Below, piece after piece: positions 61,241-64,000 of a DNA stretch of 64,000 nt. The translations under genes and the position numbers were made by a program. The notes beneath the pieces are model-generated. The model ran no database searches and had not been told where the DNA came from. It saw nothing but the letters and a program-made list of their open reading frames with translations. The first letter of the stretch is position 1, and each line of letters begins with the position of its first letter. Origin of the DNA: the human T2T-CHM13v2.0 reference genome, Homo sapiens. The stretch is from assembly GCF_009914755.1 (NCBI RefSeq), contig NC_060931.1; one strand, 5' to 3'.

Positions 61241-62975
61241 AAACACTGATAACGTACTCAAAATATAGAGGGCTTTGAGAAATACCTTGTAAACTGTCAG
61301 AATAAATGTTATCTCAAAATGTTTTAAGTAGCTATGAAGCTAAAAAAATCTACTTGTAAAAATAAAAACACTTTTTAACCCTTATTTGTAAAGATTTTTA
61401 AATCTCTCCTACTTAAAGGCAGATGATTAGTTATGACTTGGGGCTCAGACTCAAGGAGGATTTGTAGCTACTGGTTTCATGCTGTGAGTCCATAAAGGTC
61501 CTTACAAATTTGCCACAAACCTGTGACTAGTAAAACTTATTACTTCCTCTACAGCAAAGGAAGATTATAGCAAAAGTATTGCTATATAAATCCCAACCGG
61601 AGTGTTCTATTTTTCCAAATTCTTACTTTATATATTTTTGAATGATAAAAGTTCTGTTTTTATTTGTTTGTTTTGGGGCTATAAAAGCCAACTGCACTTC
61701 AAATTTATTAAAAATAAATTTTTCAACATAAAAATAATTGCACAGTAAAATTCTGAGCTTGCCCATCAGGACTTGAAACTTTGGAGATCAATACTTCACT
61801 TAATAGATGATGAAAGAGACATCATAAAAGGACAATTGGCATTATCAGTCCCTAGTCAGTCACCCACACAAATGAACGTTTCCAAATATTTAATCCAAAA
61901 GTCCCAATGAAAAATAATACAACACATATGTCGTGCTAAAGGTTTGCTAGAAAACATTTCAGAGTTGTAACAACAAATTTTAAATTAAACACTTGTTTTA
62001 AGAATACTGAACATATTAAAAACATTTAGCCAAAATAATACTTCACATTGGGTGTTGATGATTAGAAAATGGTTTGCCAAGACTACTGCTACTGTGAATA
62101 AAGAACACCAGTATGAGCCTATGTGCTTTTATCTTTTTTTCTGCTGTCTTTCAAAATTCCTGAGAATGACACATATGTGTTTTGGCATTTACTCCTTCCC
62201 TCAGGTTCTAGCAGAGGATATGGACAAAACTTGAGGGGCAGGGGTCAGGGAAAGATAGCTATAGGAACTAATTAATACTATTAATGACCATGGTAATTAG
62301 TGGCATATGGACTGGAATTTATTACTGTGTCCAGGCTCTGTGACAGACATTGTGCATCCTCAATTCTCACAAAAACCCTCCCATGATTACTATAAATAAA
62401 TCTCTCTTTTCCAGACGATGACACCACCTCAGAGAGGTGAGTAAATTGCTCAAGGTCACGAAGTTAACAGTGGTTAAGAACAGCACTGGCTTTGAATACT
62501 ATCTGAATCCAAAGCCCATATTCCTTATACTACCCCAAACAAGGAGCTATAGAATACAAAGAGATAATTTTGTTGGGCGAGATTAGGAAAGCTTTATGGA
62601 AGAAGGAAATGACTACTCCACCTTGCATTCTACAGTGAAGGCAATAACTATTAGTATGCTGGAAAAGTAAGAAACCCAGGAGAGCAGGCAATGCAAGTAA
62701 AACAGAGAAAAAGCCTTAAATGAAATTGTAGCAATAAGGACAAAGAAGTATCTCAATACAGTACAGGCAAATGTCCTGCCACAGGGATATAGAATAACCT
62801 TGAGAAGTAACAATTAACAATACTGTGAACAGAATTGTTAGATGTATGAGTTTGATGTCACAAAAGTAAAACATTAATGTGGAATTGATTTAACCTAATG
62901 ACAGGTTAATTTTTCATAAGTCAGATTATATATTACATTAGACATTAAATTGCTGTTTTTAAGGTTTAATTTTTA

Positions 62976-63368
<393 letters not shown>

Positions 63369-64000
63369 TTACACATTTGTGGATTAAAGGTCATTTACAG
63401 AAACATTCACAACTACAACTCATAAAATATTAAAATACATTAAAAGAAAGGGTAATGAAAAGGTCTTTTTCTGAAACACTAGAATCATTTCCAGGTAAAG
63501 TCATCTTAATTATGTAGGTAAATATAAAAATTGTGGGAAAATTATAACTCCCCTTCTGGGTTTCTACACCCTATGAAGATATATTCTATTGTCAGTAATG
63601 TTCAGATTTTAGGGGATTATATACTGCTTTCCACAGCTGCTTTTCTTGTCCGTTTTGTCAAGCTCAAAGTCAAATGAATAAAACTCAAATGAATAAAAAA
63701 GTAGCCTAGGGAGTAGGTTCTCTTTTTCAAAGTCAGGATTCAGATTTCATGTTAGAAAATACAGAACAAAGTTTTGTTTTTGTTTTTAAAAAACTGTATT
63801 AAAAGTCAGTGGTTTTACTACTAAATTTTTAGTCATGTTTTCCACTGATGTTTTTCCTCAAAATAAAAATTGTTATTTTTTTGTCCTCCTCAGTTTAAAC
63901 AAATCCCCTAAAAATCTGAGGCATCCTGTTATCAAAGAGAATAGTACTTCCCTAGCTTTCATACATCAGCAGCATTCTGACACTGCTTAACATATTTTAT

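Overview
Human (or other great-ape) genomic DNA, AT-rich and dense in repeats, with no CpG island. The only protein-coding sequence I can support is the 3' end of ORC5 (origin recognition complex subunit 5) on the minus strand. It comprises a 113-nt penultimate coding exon (51016-51128), a 9.9-kb last intron, and the terminal exon (CDS 41083-41128, 3' UTR to about 40576, AATAAA at 40599-40604). Neither exon appears in the ORF track. Everything above 51128 is the preceding ORC5 intron. Everything below about 40570 is intergenic; from recalled gene order at 7q22 this is the interval between ORC5 and the 5' end of RELN. The rest is about 21 Alu/FLAM/FRAM elements, young and old L1 fragments, L2, CR1, MIR, solo LTRs (THE1, MST, MLT1, LTR18A, LTR1, MER66-like) and DNA-transposon MITEs. 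Nearly all track ORFs are repeat-derived or chance. I found no convincing new biological system. The most notable unexplained structures are: (1) a near-perfect 5 x 104-bp tandem array that multiplies the right end of a MER44 transposon, each unit carrying a splice acceptor and a donor; (2) an adjacent non-repetitive, homeobox-motif-rich block with a perfect NRF2/MAF ARE; (3) a diverged ~250-bp local duplication in an ORC5 intron; (4) inverted Alus bracketing the penultimate exon; and (5) several template-switch palindromes. Repeat subfamily names come from recalled consensus sequences, and the boundaries of old repeats are approximate.
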